From Vicugna vicugna (lineage: Eukaryota): a stretch of 64,000 bases of DNA. How positions within the stretch are numbered: position 1 is the first letter of the stretch; every line of letters starts with the position of its first letter. The position numbers and the translations under genes are program-made. Location of the stretch: positions 186,001 through 250,000 of the forward strand of contig MU058836.1 in assembly GCA_013265495.1 (NCBI GenBank), in the 5' to 3' direction. This document shows, piece by piece, positions 26,241 through 38,418 of the stretch. The notes beneath the pieces were generated by a model. It made no database searches, was not told the DNA's origin, and saw only the letters and a program-made list of their open reading frames with translations.

Positions 26241-28320
26241 TGGCAGCAGCAATTCAGCAGCTTGGCTCTGTCCTCTTTCTTTGTGACCGTGTATTTGGAA
26301 GACCATCTTCTTTCTAGGTTTGTATTGAATATTGCCATCAAGGAACACTTCGGTTTATAAAGATAAATGTAATCAAAGGCCAAAAAACTTAGCCTTTGTG
26401 TGACCCCATTTTATCCTCTTCATTTATTCTGCTAATTTTATTCTGTTTATTATTTACCATTCCAAAATATGAAAAATAGAGTCACTGTTCATAAACCAAA
26501 AATCTCCTAGAAGCTCATTCAAGATTATAATTGCAATAATTAAGTTAAATAAAATCCAGCCGGTGATGGTGAAAATCTGCCTCCTCTCTCCACCCCCTTG
26601 AAAGGAACAAGGGAAGGCAAATCTCCACCCGGCAGGAATGCCATGCAACCAGCACCTCAGAAGGGAACACTGGGATCTTCCATTTTGATAAAAGCCTGGG
26701 GATCATTAACGGACATGTCACAGTTGATCTTAACAGCCAGCCACTGACAGATTGTATTCCGTCAAGCTATGCTCCTGTGTTCCCTCCTCTCTCACACCCT
26801 GGTCCCTCCGCTCCTGCTACGGCACAGCCGTCCAGCTCAGAACCTGCAAGAATACTGTTGACAAGCCTACTTTTCCTCAGCAACATCCTACAGCAGCTGA
26901 AGGCCATTGGTCTATTTCTTGACTGTTTTACGAGTCTATTCTTAAATATCCTCTCCGGATTTTCAGTTTTTCCACATTTAAAATGGGAACTGTATGGATT
27001 TGCCTAATATTCTTGCAGTATAAACTAACTCTGGCTCTGACTGCTATTCCCCTAAGACTTTTGGTATGATTTCCCTGCTGGGTTAAGCCTTTATATTTCC
27101 AGTGTCTGTGGTATCACAGTACCTTTGACCCCCAAAAAAGCCACTTCACATTGTACTGAGAAAAATAATCCAAAAGGAAGAATAATTGATGGGCCAGAGA
27201 CAGTCATTGAAATATTGTCTATCAAAGAAAGATGGTATCTTCCAATAGGAGGTAAATTAAGTAAATATCCATTTAACAGAATTTTATGCAGCTCTTATAA
27301 TGGCATATTTATGAAGAAAGAACCAGGAGGAAAAATTGAAGGAGATATTTCTATAATAACCATAGCTGTATAAAACTGATATAGTCATCTGGATAAAAAC
27401 TTTAAGAGAACTCACAGAAACAACTTGTAAAAGGCAAATTCTGTAGCTATTTGTTGAGTTCCATATATCTATCTTTCTATCTCCCATTATTATATGTATA
27501 TATTTAAATTCGTCATAAAAACCCTACGCGGAAGATGTCATCACTGTCAGCTCCATTTAACAGAAGAAGAAACTGGGCTCAAGAATTGCCCAAGACCACT
27601 TTTATTATGTTGGAATAAAAAGATTATGAATGGATTGTCTTCTTTTTATTGTGTTTTTCATGAATGATGTTGAGCCATTTAATGCAATTTTTGTTCTAAT
27701 ATTTGCTAGAAAGAAGAAGAGAATAATGAGCTCCATCTTGCAATAAATAACAGATTCTGTGGCTAGAAATGTACCCTTCAGAACTGGGCAGACTCTTCCT
27801 GTGCCACTACGGAAAATGCCTCCCAACTTCTTTGGGTAGTGAACATCTCCACTCTCTGCCTCCCAGTTTCTCAGAGGGACTGGTCCAGTCACCATTTCCC
27901 TCGTAACTCTTCCCACAGTCACTGATGACAGTAGCTGAAAATCTCTGTTGATCATTAACTGGATACAAAAAAATCCGGTTGTGCCATTGCTTCGACTGAA
28001 ATTGGACCACTGTTGGGTTGTAAACTTCAAGAAGGAAGGAGCCCCGTGGCTCTCTCTGCCTTGGTTGGCCCCAGCCCCTTTAAGACTGCTAATACAAGCC
28101 AGCTCAGCGCATCACCGAGAGAAAAGACTTGAGGACTCACTTAAATGATTGACCTATTTCTGGGCTCTCTGTTGTTGCAAATTACAAGAATACACTGTGT
28201 GCATTTTCGGGTAATTTGATACTATTACCTTAAAATTCACCGGTTCTGCCTCCACCTTCCCACCCCTGTTCAAATGGAATATCTGACCTTTTCCCTTGGC
28301 AGCCTGCTTCTCTTTTCCAG

Positions 28321-28435
28321 GTAACTGATGATGATTTTATACCCTGGATGATAATCAATATGTAGAAGCTGTCTTTATTGATTTAGATAAAACCACCAAT
28401 TATGGCTATTTTGAGCAGAGCTCAATGAGATTAGA
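28321..28435 (+). mobile_element. Very old non-LTR (CR1/L2-clade) reverse-transcriptase relic
   Basis: Hand translation VTDD / FYTLDDNQYVEAVFIDLDK...NYG / ILSR / LNEI (frameshifted) resembles the non-LTR RT motif LD....A.F.D.SKAFD.V.H..L. Confidence 0.5.
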
Positions 28436-29359
28436 TGTGATTATACTGCAATGGGGTGTGAGCCCGCCGGCAACCAGGCTGCTGCGAGGCTACGTAATTG
28501 TTACACATGACATGCAAATGGGGGGCCATCAGGAGTGCCCACTCGGTGGGCACTATCTCCACCCTTCACAGGGCAGCACCTCCAGGCTGGACCACCTGGC
28601 CACGCTTGTTTCCGCCAACAAGCACTCAGGACCCCACGGGCCTGTCTCAGAGACAGCAAAGACAGAACGGCTCCAAAAGAAGCGACAGCCTGCATGAATC
28701 TTGTTTACTCCAGTTTCCACTGTGTCATTTACCCAGAAATCAGAGGCAGCAACAGTTCCAAGAATATATGGATTTCTGGCAGATGAGGAAGAATGTCAGG
28801 AGGCAGGGAAGCACATAGCAGGCTTTGGCTCAGGCAGATAACCTAGGCTTGGAGGTCCCTTCCCACGGTCCCCTTTTCCCAACAGTCCTGGATTCACTGT
28901 CCCCTCCTAGGAAGACTTGCCTTCATCTGGTGTGGAAGGTGCCATTACAGTCCAGTGAGTAGGAAGGCGCCTGGACTTCAGAGCTAACCTCTACTTTTTA
29001 GCTAAATGGCTTTATGCAAATTACTAAATCTTTCTGTGCCCAATTTGTAAAATAGAGAGAGTAACAGAATACTTAGAACTCTACTCGAGTGCATGTCTCT
29101 GCTCTCCACGTGACTGCCCACGCAGCCTATGCCTACGTTTCTTCACCTGCAGCAGCTACACGATTTAGCATCGCATTTAGCGTGCGATGACCTTGGCCCA
29201 CGAAAGGTGCTATACCTGACTATTCTTTTCTTCCTCTCAATCAGTTTCTGAGTAAATTGTCTGAGCCTTACCCATCGGGGAACACATGTTTCTGCCAGCC
29301 ACTGAGGGCTTGGTGGCCCCAAAAGGTCACAATCATGATAATGACACAGCTATATTCCT

Positions 29360-29770
29360 CTCATTGATTCATTCACCCATTCATTAGTTCAAGAAGTATT
29401 TATTCAGCATTCACTAAATGAGGCAGAGTTCTGTGTGCTGGAGGAGAGCTCTGAGCGAAACAGATGAGGTCTTGGGAGCCTGCATTCCAAGGAAGAGGGA
29501 GAGATAGTAAACATATGTAAACAAACAAGTGGAACAAGATAACTGAAGTGCTGTGGGAACAGAAAGCAGGGCTACGTGGCTGAGAGTGGCTAGTGCACGG
29601 GCACTGGGAAAAGGCTGCCGATCTGATGAGACAGTGTCACCCCAAAGAGATGACCTCGCAACTAAGCCGTGAAGGCCAAGACGGAGCGCCCTCTAGGTGG
29701 CGTTCTGGGCAGAGCGGCAGCAAGGCCACAAGGTGGGAACAAGGTGGCAGGTTTAAGGAACACCGAAGCC
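29360..29770 (-). mobile_element. L2 3' fragment
   Basis: cattcattagttcaagaagtatttattcagcattcacta antisense L2 tail. Confidence 0.75.
29685..29704. promoter_or_regulatory. Candidate CTCF site (motif on both strands)
   Basis: AGCGCCCTCTAGGTGGCGTT reads CCTCTAGGTGGCG on + and CACCTAGAGGGCGCT on -. Confidence 0.5.
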
Positions 29771-31852
29771 GATCTAGAGAGTCTGTGCTAAGCCAGGGCA
29801 GGGAGTTTCCTGGAGCAAAATCTCCAGTGCCCCAGCCCCTACTGAAGTCATTAACTCATATTTTGGGGTTCCTGCAATGACTCAGAACAATCATGACTCA
29901 ACTTCTGTGTCTCTTGCGGTGACTCTCTCCAGAGTCACGCTGAATGTGGGGCCAGCCTTGTTGTTCCTGCGGCTCCTGCTGTGTCGCACATTGTCACCTG
30001 TGCTGGCAGAGTTCTAGGCACTGCCCTTTCTCGTTCGTAGTCAGCAAGCTGAAAAGCAGAAACAGGGAGGCGTGTCTGGGTGGCAGAAACAGTCCCCTTT
30101 CTGTGTGTTGCACTCAATTGTCAGCCTGGAGAATAGTTTTGGTGGTCAGTTCCCCTGGCAGTTCTGTCTGATGATGTCTTCAGCTCCCTCAGGCTCCCTC
30201 AGGAACGGCACCTAGAACCCTCTCCCCCAGCCTGGAGCCCAGGCCATTTTAAAAGGGTGAAATCAGAGATCGTCCAAGATGGTGCAGAAAAAAGACCCTG
30301 AGCTCACCTCCTCTCACAAGCACAACAAAATCACAACTATCTGCAGGAACACCATCAATGAAAAAGACTGGAACCTTCCAGAAAAAGATCTACAGCTAAA
30401 GACATGAAGTAAGAACCTCAATGAGATGGGGAGGAGGGGCAGACTCAGAGTATAATCAAATCCCTTCCCCCTCCTTGGGGTGAGCGACCCACAGACTGAA
30501 TAATTACACTGCAGAAGTTCTCCCGCAGGAGCGAGGGTTCTGAGCCCAGGGACCCTGCACCAGGAGGACGAGCCCCCGGAGCATTTGGCTTTTAAGGCCA
30601 GTGGGGCTTAATTTCAAGAGCCCCACAAGACTGGGGGAAATAGAGACTTCACTCTTAAAGGGTGCACACAAAATTTCACACACACCGGGACCCAGGAAAA
30701 AAAGCAGTAACTTGATAGGAGCCTGAGCCAGACCTACCTGCTGGTCTTGGAGAGTCTTCCTGGAGAGGCGAGGGATGGGCGGAGCGGGGAGGAGGCTATG
30801 GCTCACACTGGGGACATAGACTCTGGCAACAGCCATATTTGGGAGCTCCTCCTACCATGAAAGCCAGCGCTGGCAGCGCTATCAGCTCATTAGCTCCAAG
30901 ACCTGGCTCTGCCCAACAGCCTTTAGACACCAGTACAGGGATGCCTTAGGCCAAACAACTCGCTGGGCAGGGACACAGCCCCATCCATCAGCAGACAGGC
31001 TGCCCAAAGACTTCCTGAGCCCACAGCCGCCTAGATATTCCCCAGATACAACCCAGCCCTCCAGAGGACCAAGACCCAGTTATGCCCACCAGTGGGCAGG
31101 CACCAGCCTCTCCTGCCAGGAAGCCTGCCCAAGCCACTAGACCAGCCTCGCTCACCGGGGGGCAGACACCAGATGCAAGAAAACTACAAGACTCGCAGCT
31201 TGCAGGCCCAGCCCACTTACAGCAAGTCAGACCCTGCCCTGAGACCAGATGGGCCCGCGCCCTGCCCACTGGCAGGCCAACGCAAGCTTTGGGACACCAT
31301 GGACCCCATATTCACTGGGCCAGGAACCACCGCCCCACACTAGCCATCTGATCCCAGCTCTGGGATCCCTGGGCTTGAAGTCAGATTCCAGGGGCCAGCT
31401 CTGCCTGCCAGTAGTCCAGCACTAACCACAGGACCTGGCTTCACCCACCAGTGGGTGAGCAACAGACCCAGAGTGTTCTGGACCCTGATTCCACCCACCA
31501 GGGAGATACCACTAGCCCTGGGGCCCCCTAGGATTCCTCAACCAGCCACCTCATGAACAGGCCCCACTGAACAGCAGCCAGTAGCATTGACACAAGGCAG
31601 GACCTGGCAACCAACCAGACTGGGGCCCAACCAAGCCTACCCCAGTGCCCACACAGTCAGCCCATCACAGCAGAGGGACTCACGCAGCCCTCTTAGGGGG
31701 AACCACTGGAGCATATAGCTTGGGTGACAAGAGGGGAGTGCACTGCTGAGACTCATGGGACATCTCATACAGAGGGCTACTTTTCCAAGGTAGTTGGAAA
31801 CACATAACTAACCTATCACATACAGAGAAATACAAATAGCAAATTAGACAAA

Positions 31853-32749
31853 ATGAGGTGGCAGAAGAACATGTTCCAAATGAAGGAACAAGGTAACACC
31901 TCAGAAGAACTAAGTGAAGTGGAGATAGGCAATCTACCTGAGAAAGAGTTTAGAATAATGACTGTAAAGAATTCAAAGAACTTGGGAGAAGAATGGATGC
32001 ACAGAGCAAGAAGTCAGACATTTTCGACAAATAGTTAAAAAATACAAAGAACAACCAAACAGAGATGAAGAATCTAAAAACTGATATGAAAAATACACTA
32101 GAAGGAATCAACAGTAGATTAAGTGATACAGAGGAATGGATCAGTGAGCTAGAAGACAGAGTAGTAGAAATCACTGATGCTGAGCAGAAAAAGGAAAAAA
32201 GAATAAAAAGAAATGAAGGCAACTTAAGAGACCTCTCAGACAACATCAAGCACACTAATATTTACCTTAAAGGAGTCTCAGAAGGAGAAAAGAGAGAGAA
32301 AAGGCCTGAGAACATATCTGAAGATATAATAGCTGAAAACTTTCCTAACCTGGGAAAGAAAACAGTCACCCAAGTCCAAGAAGCACAGAGTCCCATACAC
32401 AGTTAGCTCAAAGAGGAACACACCAAGCCACATGGAAAGTAAAATGACAAAAATTAAAGATAAAGAGAGAATATTAAAAGGTGCATGGGAAAAGCAACAA
32501 ATAACATACGAGGCAACTCCCATAAGGCTATCAGCTGACTTTTCAGCAGAAACTCTGCAGGCCAGAAGGGAGAGGTACAACATATTTAAAGTGGTGAAAG
32601 GGGAAAACCTACCACCAAGGATACTCTACTCAGTGAGGGTCTCCTTCAGATTGGATGGAGAAATCCAAAGCTTTACAGACACGTAAAAGCTACAAGAGTT
32701 CAACACCACCAAACCAGCTTTACGACAAATGTTAAAGGAACTTCTCTAG
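31853..32749 (+). pseudogene. Disrupted L1 ORF1p
   Basis: MRWQKNMFQMKEQ...LEGINSRLSDTEEWISELEDR...ENFPNL...PIRLSADFSAETLQARRE split across three ORFs by frameshifts and stops. Confidence 0.92.
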
Positions 32750-33233
32750 GCCAAAAAGAAAAGTCCCCAGCTAGAAACAAGAAAATTATGAAATCACAAA
32801 GCTCACCAGTAAAGGCAAACACACAAGAAAGGTAGGAAATCATCCACACACAAGCTCGTAGGGAGGCTGAAAGACATAACTAGTAAAATCATCTATATCC
32901 ACAACGAGCAGTTAAGGGATACACTAAACAATTAGATGTAAAATATGATATCAAAAATCACGAGGGGAGGAGAGTACAAATGCAGCGTTTTTTTAAAAAA
33001 TGCATTTGAAATTAAGCTATAATCAATTTAAAACAGTGACATGTATATAGGGAGAATACTATACAAAAATCTATAGTGGATATATACACGAACCAAAAAC
33101 CTGTAATAGATATTCAGACACACACACAAAAGGAATCCAAACATAACACTGAGAATAGTCACCAAATCACAAGAGAACAAAAGAAGGGGGTGGTGGGTGG
33201 GGAGACCTACACTAACAACTCCAAATTAACAAA

Positions 33234-33456
33234 ATGGCATTGAGAACATACATATCATTAATTTCCTGAAATGTAAATGGACTAAATGCTGCAATCAAAA
33301 GACATAGAGTGGCTGAACATTTCTTGTATCCGTGGCTGCCTACAAGAGACTCACCTCAGATCTAGAGACACACACAGACTGAAAGTGAGGGGATGGAAAA
33401 GGTATTCCATGCAAATGAAAATCAAAAGAAAGCCAGAGCAGCAATACTTATATCAG
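33234..33456 (+). pseudogene. Disrupted L1 ORF2p endonuclease N-terminus
   Basis: NVNGLNA.IKRHRVAE...CLQETHLRSRDTHRLKVRGWK. Confidence 0.9.
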
Positions 33457-33509
33457 GGTGAAACCATGCTCCCTTCTGCATCACGCTGCTAGTTTCCATT
33501 ATAATATGA

Positions 33510-33720
33510 GGGTAGGACAACAGGCTATGGAATCAGGTGCACCTGGGCTCAAATCCTTTCTTGTCTGCTGATTAGATGTGTAAACTTCAGCAAGGGACAC
33601 AATCTCCCTGTGCCTCGCCTTCCTCAGCTGTAAAATAGGAAGAATAATAATACTTGCATCGTGGGTTATAAAGCACCAGCCTAGAGCTTGTCATATAAAG
33701 AGATACTTCATAACTTTTCC
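33510..33720 (+). mobile_element. MIR SINE
   Basis: tctccctgtgcctcgccttcctcagctgtaaaataggaagaataata. Confidence 0.75.
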
Positions 33721-35169
33721 TCATTGTTGTTACTTCTGAGCCAAGGTGTACACCTTGACTTTCTTATTTTCATGACGGTTCCCTCCTCCCTTCCTGTAAT
33801 GCTAAGATGGGATTTTTATTCCCCATGGTTTGGATGAGACTCAGCCTGAGAACTGGCCATCAGCTCAATCGCTGAGCTACATGATTCCTCCAGTGAGGAT
33901 CCTCCAGTGAGGATCCCCAAATGCTCTCAAGTTCTCAAGCAGAAATCTGAGCACCTGCCCAGCAGTGCCTGAATTTATAGGAGAAACACAGCCTCGTTCC
34001 TATCTCTGAGACCCTTACTACTGCAGAAAAGTTAGAGCTTAAATTACACTAGCCACTGATTTGTGCACACACCTGGATAAGCATTAAATTCACGGTGTCA
34101 GAAAACAAGCATGGACCACCCACTGAAGGCTCCTTACTTTTTTCTACTCTTGCTTTTCATGTGTCTTTGAGTTGCCAAAGAACATTTGTGTTAAGTCAAA
34201 AAAAAAAAAATAACGCTGGCATAGTTTGCTTTTGGAAAGAGCTTCATATGAAAGCTGCAAGCTTTTGGGGGGTGCTGAAAGACAGAACAATTGGAAACTC
34301 CAAGTGTGACTTCTGGCCCCATCATTTAGGGCTGAATTCTCCTCTCTGAAACACAGGGATGGTCTCCATTGCATAATTTAGACTCCTGGCATGCACTTAA
34401 GTCCTATTCATGTGAAGAGTGGCTCCACTTACAGCCAAGGTAGAATATGCAATAGGCTCTGTGGTGTGGTTAGAACGGGGCTGATGAGAGAGAATTTTCC
34501 TGCTAATCCTCTCTCTATTCTGATACCAGCCTGGCATTTGGGAGGCGGGAGGACAGTGGTGACGAGGACGACACGGGGCGAGCAGCGATGTGTAACAGAA
34601 CGTATGCAAGTCACATTCCCCGGATGTAAGTGAAATGGACCACATTTTACACTAAAATTTTGTGCTGCTTCTAAGCATCTTGCCAGGAGCTATTCAAAAG
34701 ACAGTGGACGTATTAGGATTGAGGGTCTCCAACACCGAGAAGAACGGGCCCAGCCAGGGATAGGCCAGCACCTCTGGGAAGATTATTTTCACTTTTTGTG
34801 GCCATGTTTGTATTCACGTCATTGCTGAGGCAGGAAATCAACCTTATCTCTTTTTTAAAAAATACTGGTTTTGGTTATTTGACCATCAGATTATAGAATC
34901 ACTGAAATTCTGTATTTTACAACTTAACTTGGTTACAAAGATACCGAAGCACAGCATTTAAAAAAAAATCTACTGATATTGAATTGCATGATGTCTGGGG
35001 CTTCCCAAAGTGTCCCCCCCATCTTCAATGTGACACAGACAGATCAGTGAGTCCCTCGTTAGGTGATATATATGGTCACAGAGAAAGAAAACCAGGCCCA
35101 CCCATGGCTGGTTCTCTCTTCCTTCTGCTTGCTCCCTGGATGACTTCCTTCCTTTATTTATTCAGTTGC

Positions 35170-36075
35170 TTCAGATTTCATGCTAACAAGTAAATTCATT
35201 CCAATATTGCCATGGTTTCAGCCACCACTTATGCTAATGGCAGCCCTGCTCCCCGTTCTGATCTCCAGACGAATGTCTTACTATCTGCTGAACACACATC
35301 TCTACTCGGTTGTCTTACAAGCACCTCACGTCTAAAGCTTAACTCATGCCCTTCCCTCCTCCTCTTTCTGAATTTCTAATTGATGGGATGCTGTCAGCAC
35401 ATTTTGCCGAAGCCAGGAAAACTGGAGGTAGTTATTGCTTCTTCCAGCTCCCTCACTCGTCTTGTACAATTGCTTTAAGAAAATGTACTCATTCTGCCTG
35501 TGAATATCTCTTAATTCTATATCGTTTTCTTGTTGTCGCCTTAGATCAAGTCAGTATCACGTCTTAACCTGGATCACTGTGTCAGCCTCCAATCAGTTCT
35601 CCCCGCCTCGATTCTTGTCTGATTGCAACTGATTCTATGCAAGTAGGAGTGACCTTTATAAAATGTGATCGGGTCTGGTCATGCGACTCATGGCTAAAAT
35701 CCTCTGGTGACTCTCCATGGCCCTCAGTCCAAGCTCCTTTGTTTGGCTTAAAAAAAAAGCCTTCCATAATCTGACCCTTCCCTGCCTACATATAGCCCAT
35801 CTTTCATCACCATCGGCCTTATGCCTCTCTCTCTCTCGGATCTTGCGCGGCACTCTTGTTTCTGAAACCTCCCTCCTCTTGTCCCCCTACTTCCTTCTCT
35901 TTACCCAGCATTGAGTTGGTGGACCGTCCTCAGGGGAGACTTGCATGATTCCTCTCCTCTCTGATTAGACTGTGGCCTCCATAAAGACAGGGCCCATGTC
36001 ATTGTCACTTTGGAATACAGTCCCTAGCAGAGAGTCTCCCACGTGGTTCTCAATCAAAGTCCAAAGGTTGAATGA
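35170..36075 (+). mobile_element. L2 fragment
   Basis: ttaaaaaaaaagccttccataatctgaccc; ttagactgtggcctccataaagacaggg; tail gttgaatga. Confidence 0.7.
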
Positions 36076-37860
36076 GGAGCTTGATCTCAAAGCACTACAG
36101 TCAGGTAGGCAGCCCTAAGGGCAGATCACCATCTTGCTCAGAGCCTTCATGAAAAGACAACTCCTTGTGTCCTCCTGGGTTCTCCGGGGATCCTGAAGTG
36201 GGTGGGGAATTAGATACCCCTCAGTTACAGCCTGAGCCAAGCAGATTCCCCTCACCCTTCTGAAAACTCTTCTGAAAAGACGCAACAGCAGCAGTAGGAA
36301 TGGTTGAGCTCATCTGGTGCCCAGAGTTGCACCATTAAGAAGCGACATGAACTCTGCATCTTACACATCTGCTTCTATAAGGGTGGGTGGAGCTCGGCGT
36401 GGGGACATGCAAGCGGGAAGAGGGGGAGGCACTGTGTTCCTCACCAACCAACAAGAAAGCAGACACTGGCAGAATTATTACTCCTCGGGACAGCATCTTT
36501 AGGGTTTTGCAGGGAAGGAGAGGATGTTCTGTTCCTGTTCTCCTTTTTTGTTTTATTTTCCTTTGTTTTATTTTGTTTTAATGAAATCCAAAAGCACCCC
36601 ATATTTTACCCAACTCACATAGCTATTCCTTGTGATACAAAAACCTACCGCACCAAACATTGCTATAACAAAACGCATTCAAGTAGCAAATTATTTTTAT
36701 TTTGCCTGAGTATGTAAGTTACTAAATGTTTCTTGTTTCTCCAGCAAGCGTCGTGTCAATGCTATTATCCTGCCCTGCTTCCCTGAGCCTTATATTAAAT
36801 ATTATCTAGCATTCACAGTGGAAAAGCAAAAACAAAATTCTGAGGTCAAACAACACCGTGCTGAAAGCCGGCACCTGGCCCGAATGCCCATGACCTCAGG
36901 GTTGTTCGGTGATTCCCTTGATGTCCACATTTTTGAAAATGGTTTTGCGGATTTTTATTTGAAGTTTGAAATAACAGCAGAGAGGCAAATCTCAGAGGCG
37001 CAATGTTGTCTTGAATCCCTAGTTTTTTAATATTTTCCTTCAACCCTTCAGTTGGATAAAATCATAACAAACATCCTTTTTAATTCTAAGAGACGATCCT
37101 ATTGAGCAGACCCCACAGGGGGCTGTGGGCAGGGTACACAAGAGTCATGGGCATCTCGTTAATGGAGAGCAGCTAGAAGCCTTCATGATAGATCTCAAGC
37201 CCTCTTCTTCTACTCCAAGTGGGAGGCATCACATTTGGACCATCCAATCCACATCTCACGCCTTCTCATAACCAGAAGCACCTTCAGAGATCGTTGCTGG
37301 GCTGTCTCTGAAGTGTGGGCTGATGCTCTGGGATGCAGAGAATCTGGGTTCTTTCCAGAAGCCCCTGACCTTGGTGGGGGTCCTAGGACTCATGATTCAA
37401 GGGCTTACTCACAGCGGCTGTGTAACATGAAGACAGAACCAGTTCATCCAAAGCTCCCTAGACAGTCAACAGAATATAAAAAGCAAGCCCTTCTGTCCCA
37501 CAAGGAGGGGAGAAGAAACTGTGGGAAGCAGCGAGGCTCTTACTAGGGTGCAAGAGATCTCCTGCGGTCAGAGTAGTTTTAACTTGATTCACACCGGAAG
37601 TAACAGCTCCCAGCATAATGCAAATAAAAGTACCAACAAGTCTTCTGACATGAAAATGTGGCAAGTTATCTTTCTTTTCAGAGTCACTAAGTAGGAAAAA
37701 ATACAAATTAGGTTAGAGAATGATTGTCTAAAGAGAAGAAAAACCATTGGGTTTCAAAATTATATGTTTTGGAAAATATTCAGCTGTGTCTAAAAATAAT
37801 ATAGGACAAAAAGTAATGATGTCACCCTAAATCACCTTAGAGATAAAAGTAAGTTAAGAT

Positions 37861-38009
37861 GGGGGGAGGGTATAGCTCAGTGGTAGAGCACGTGCTTAGA
37901 ATGCACGAGGTCCTGGGTTCAATCCCCATTACCTTCATTAAAAAAAAAACAAAAACTAAACTAATTATTTCCCCGCTCCCCCCACCAAAAAAACCTTAAG
38001 AGAGGAAAA
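37861..38009 (+). mobile_element. Vic-1-like tRNA-Ala SINE (near-complete cloverleaf, anticodon AGA)
   Basis: gagggtatagctcagtggtagagcacgtgcttagaatgcacgaggtcctgggttcaatccccattaccttca; TSD aaaagtaagttaagat (37845-37860) / aaaagtaagtaaagat (38010-38025). Confidence 0.93.
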
Positions 38010-38396
38010 AAAAGTAAGTAAAGATACTTCTGGCTGAGTGTGAAAACTGGTGAGTGTGACTATGGAGTGTGTGTCTCCCTGTGAGCATGTATAAACCTTT
38101 GTCTCCCAACTAGATTGTAAATATTTCAAAGACAGAGACTGGTATCTGAGCCAAGCTGGAATCAAATAAATTCTTATTAAGATCTCCTCTCCTAGTCTTT
38201 TTTTATTTAAAATGGTACTATTTTCCTGTTGTCTACATATTAGAAACTGACAAAATATGAACTTCTAGAGAACATAGACCACTTACTTATTCTCTCTTTC
38301 AGTTCCCCGAGTCCATAACACCCACTAAGCACATACTCAAATCCAGACTCCTCTCTCCTTCTTTCCCCTTCTCTCCCTGCCCCTCTGGTGCACCAG

Positions 38397-38418
38397 CACA
38401 CACACACACACACACACA
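38397..38418. repeat. (CA)n microsatellite
   Basis: About 11 CA units. Confidence 0.9.

Larger units (their letters stand above)
30266..33456 (+). mobile_element. L1 with 5' UTR, ORF1 and ORF2 start; 3'-truncated
   Basis: Starts gagatcgtccaagatggtg (YY1-like motif); GC-rich 5' UTR; ORF1 relic; ends in the endonuclease region; flanked by agggtgaaatca / agggtgaaacca. Confidence 0.9.
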
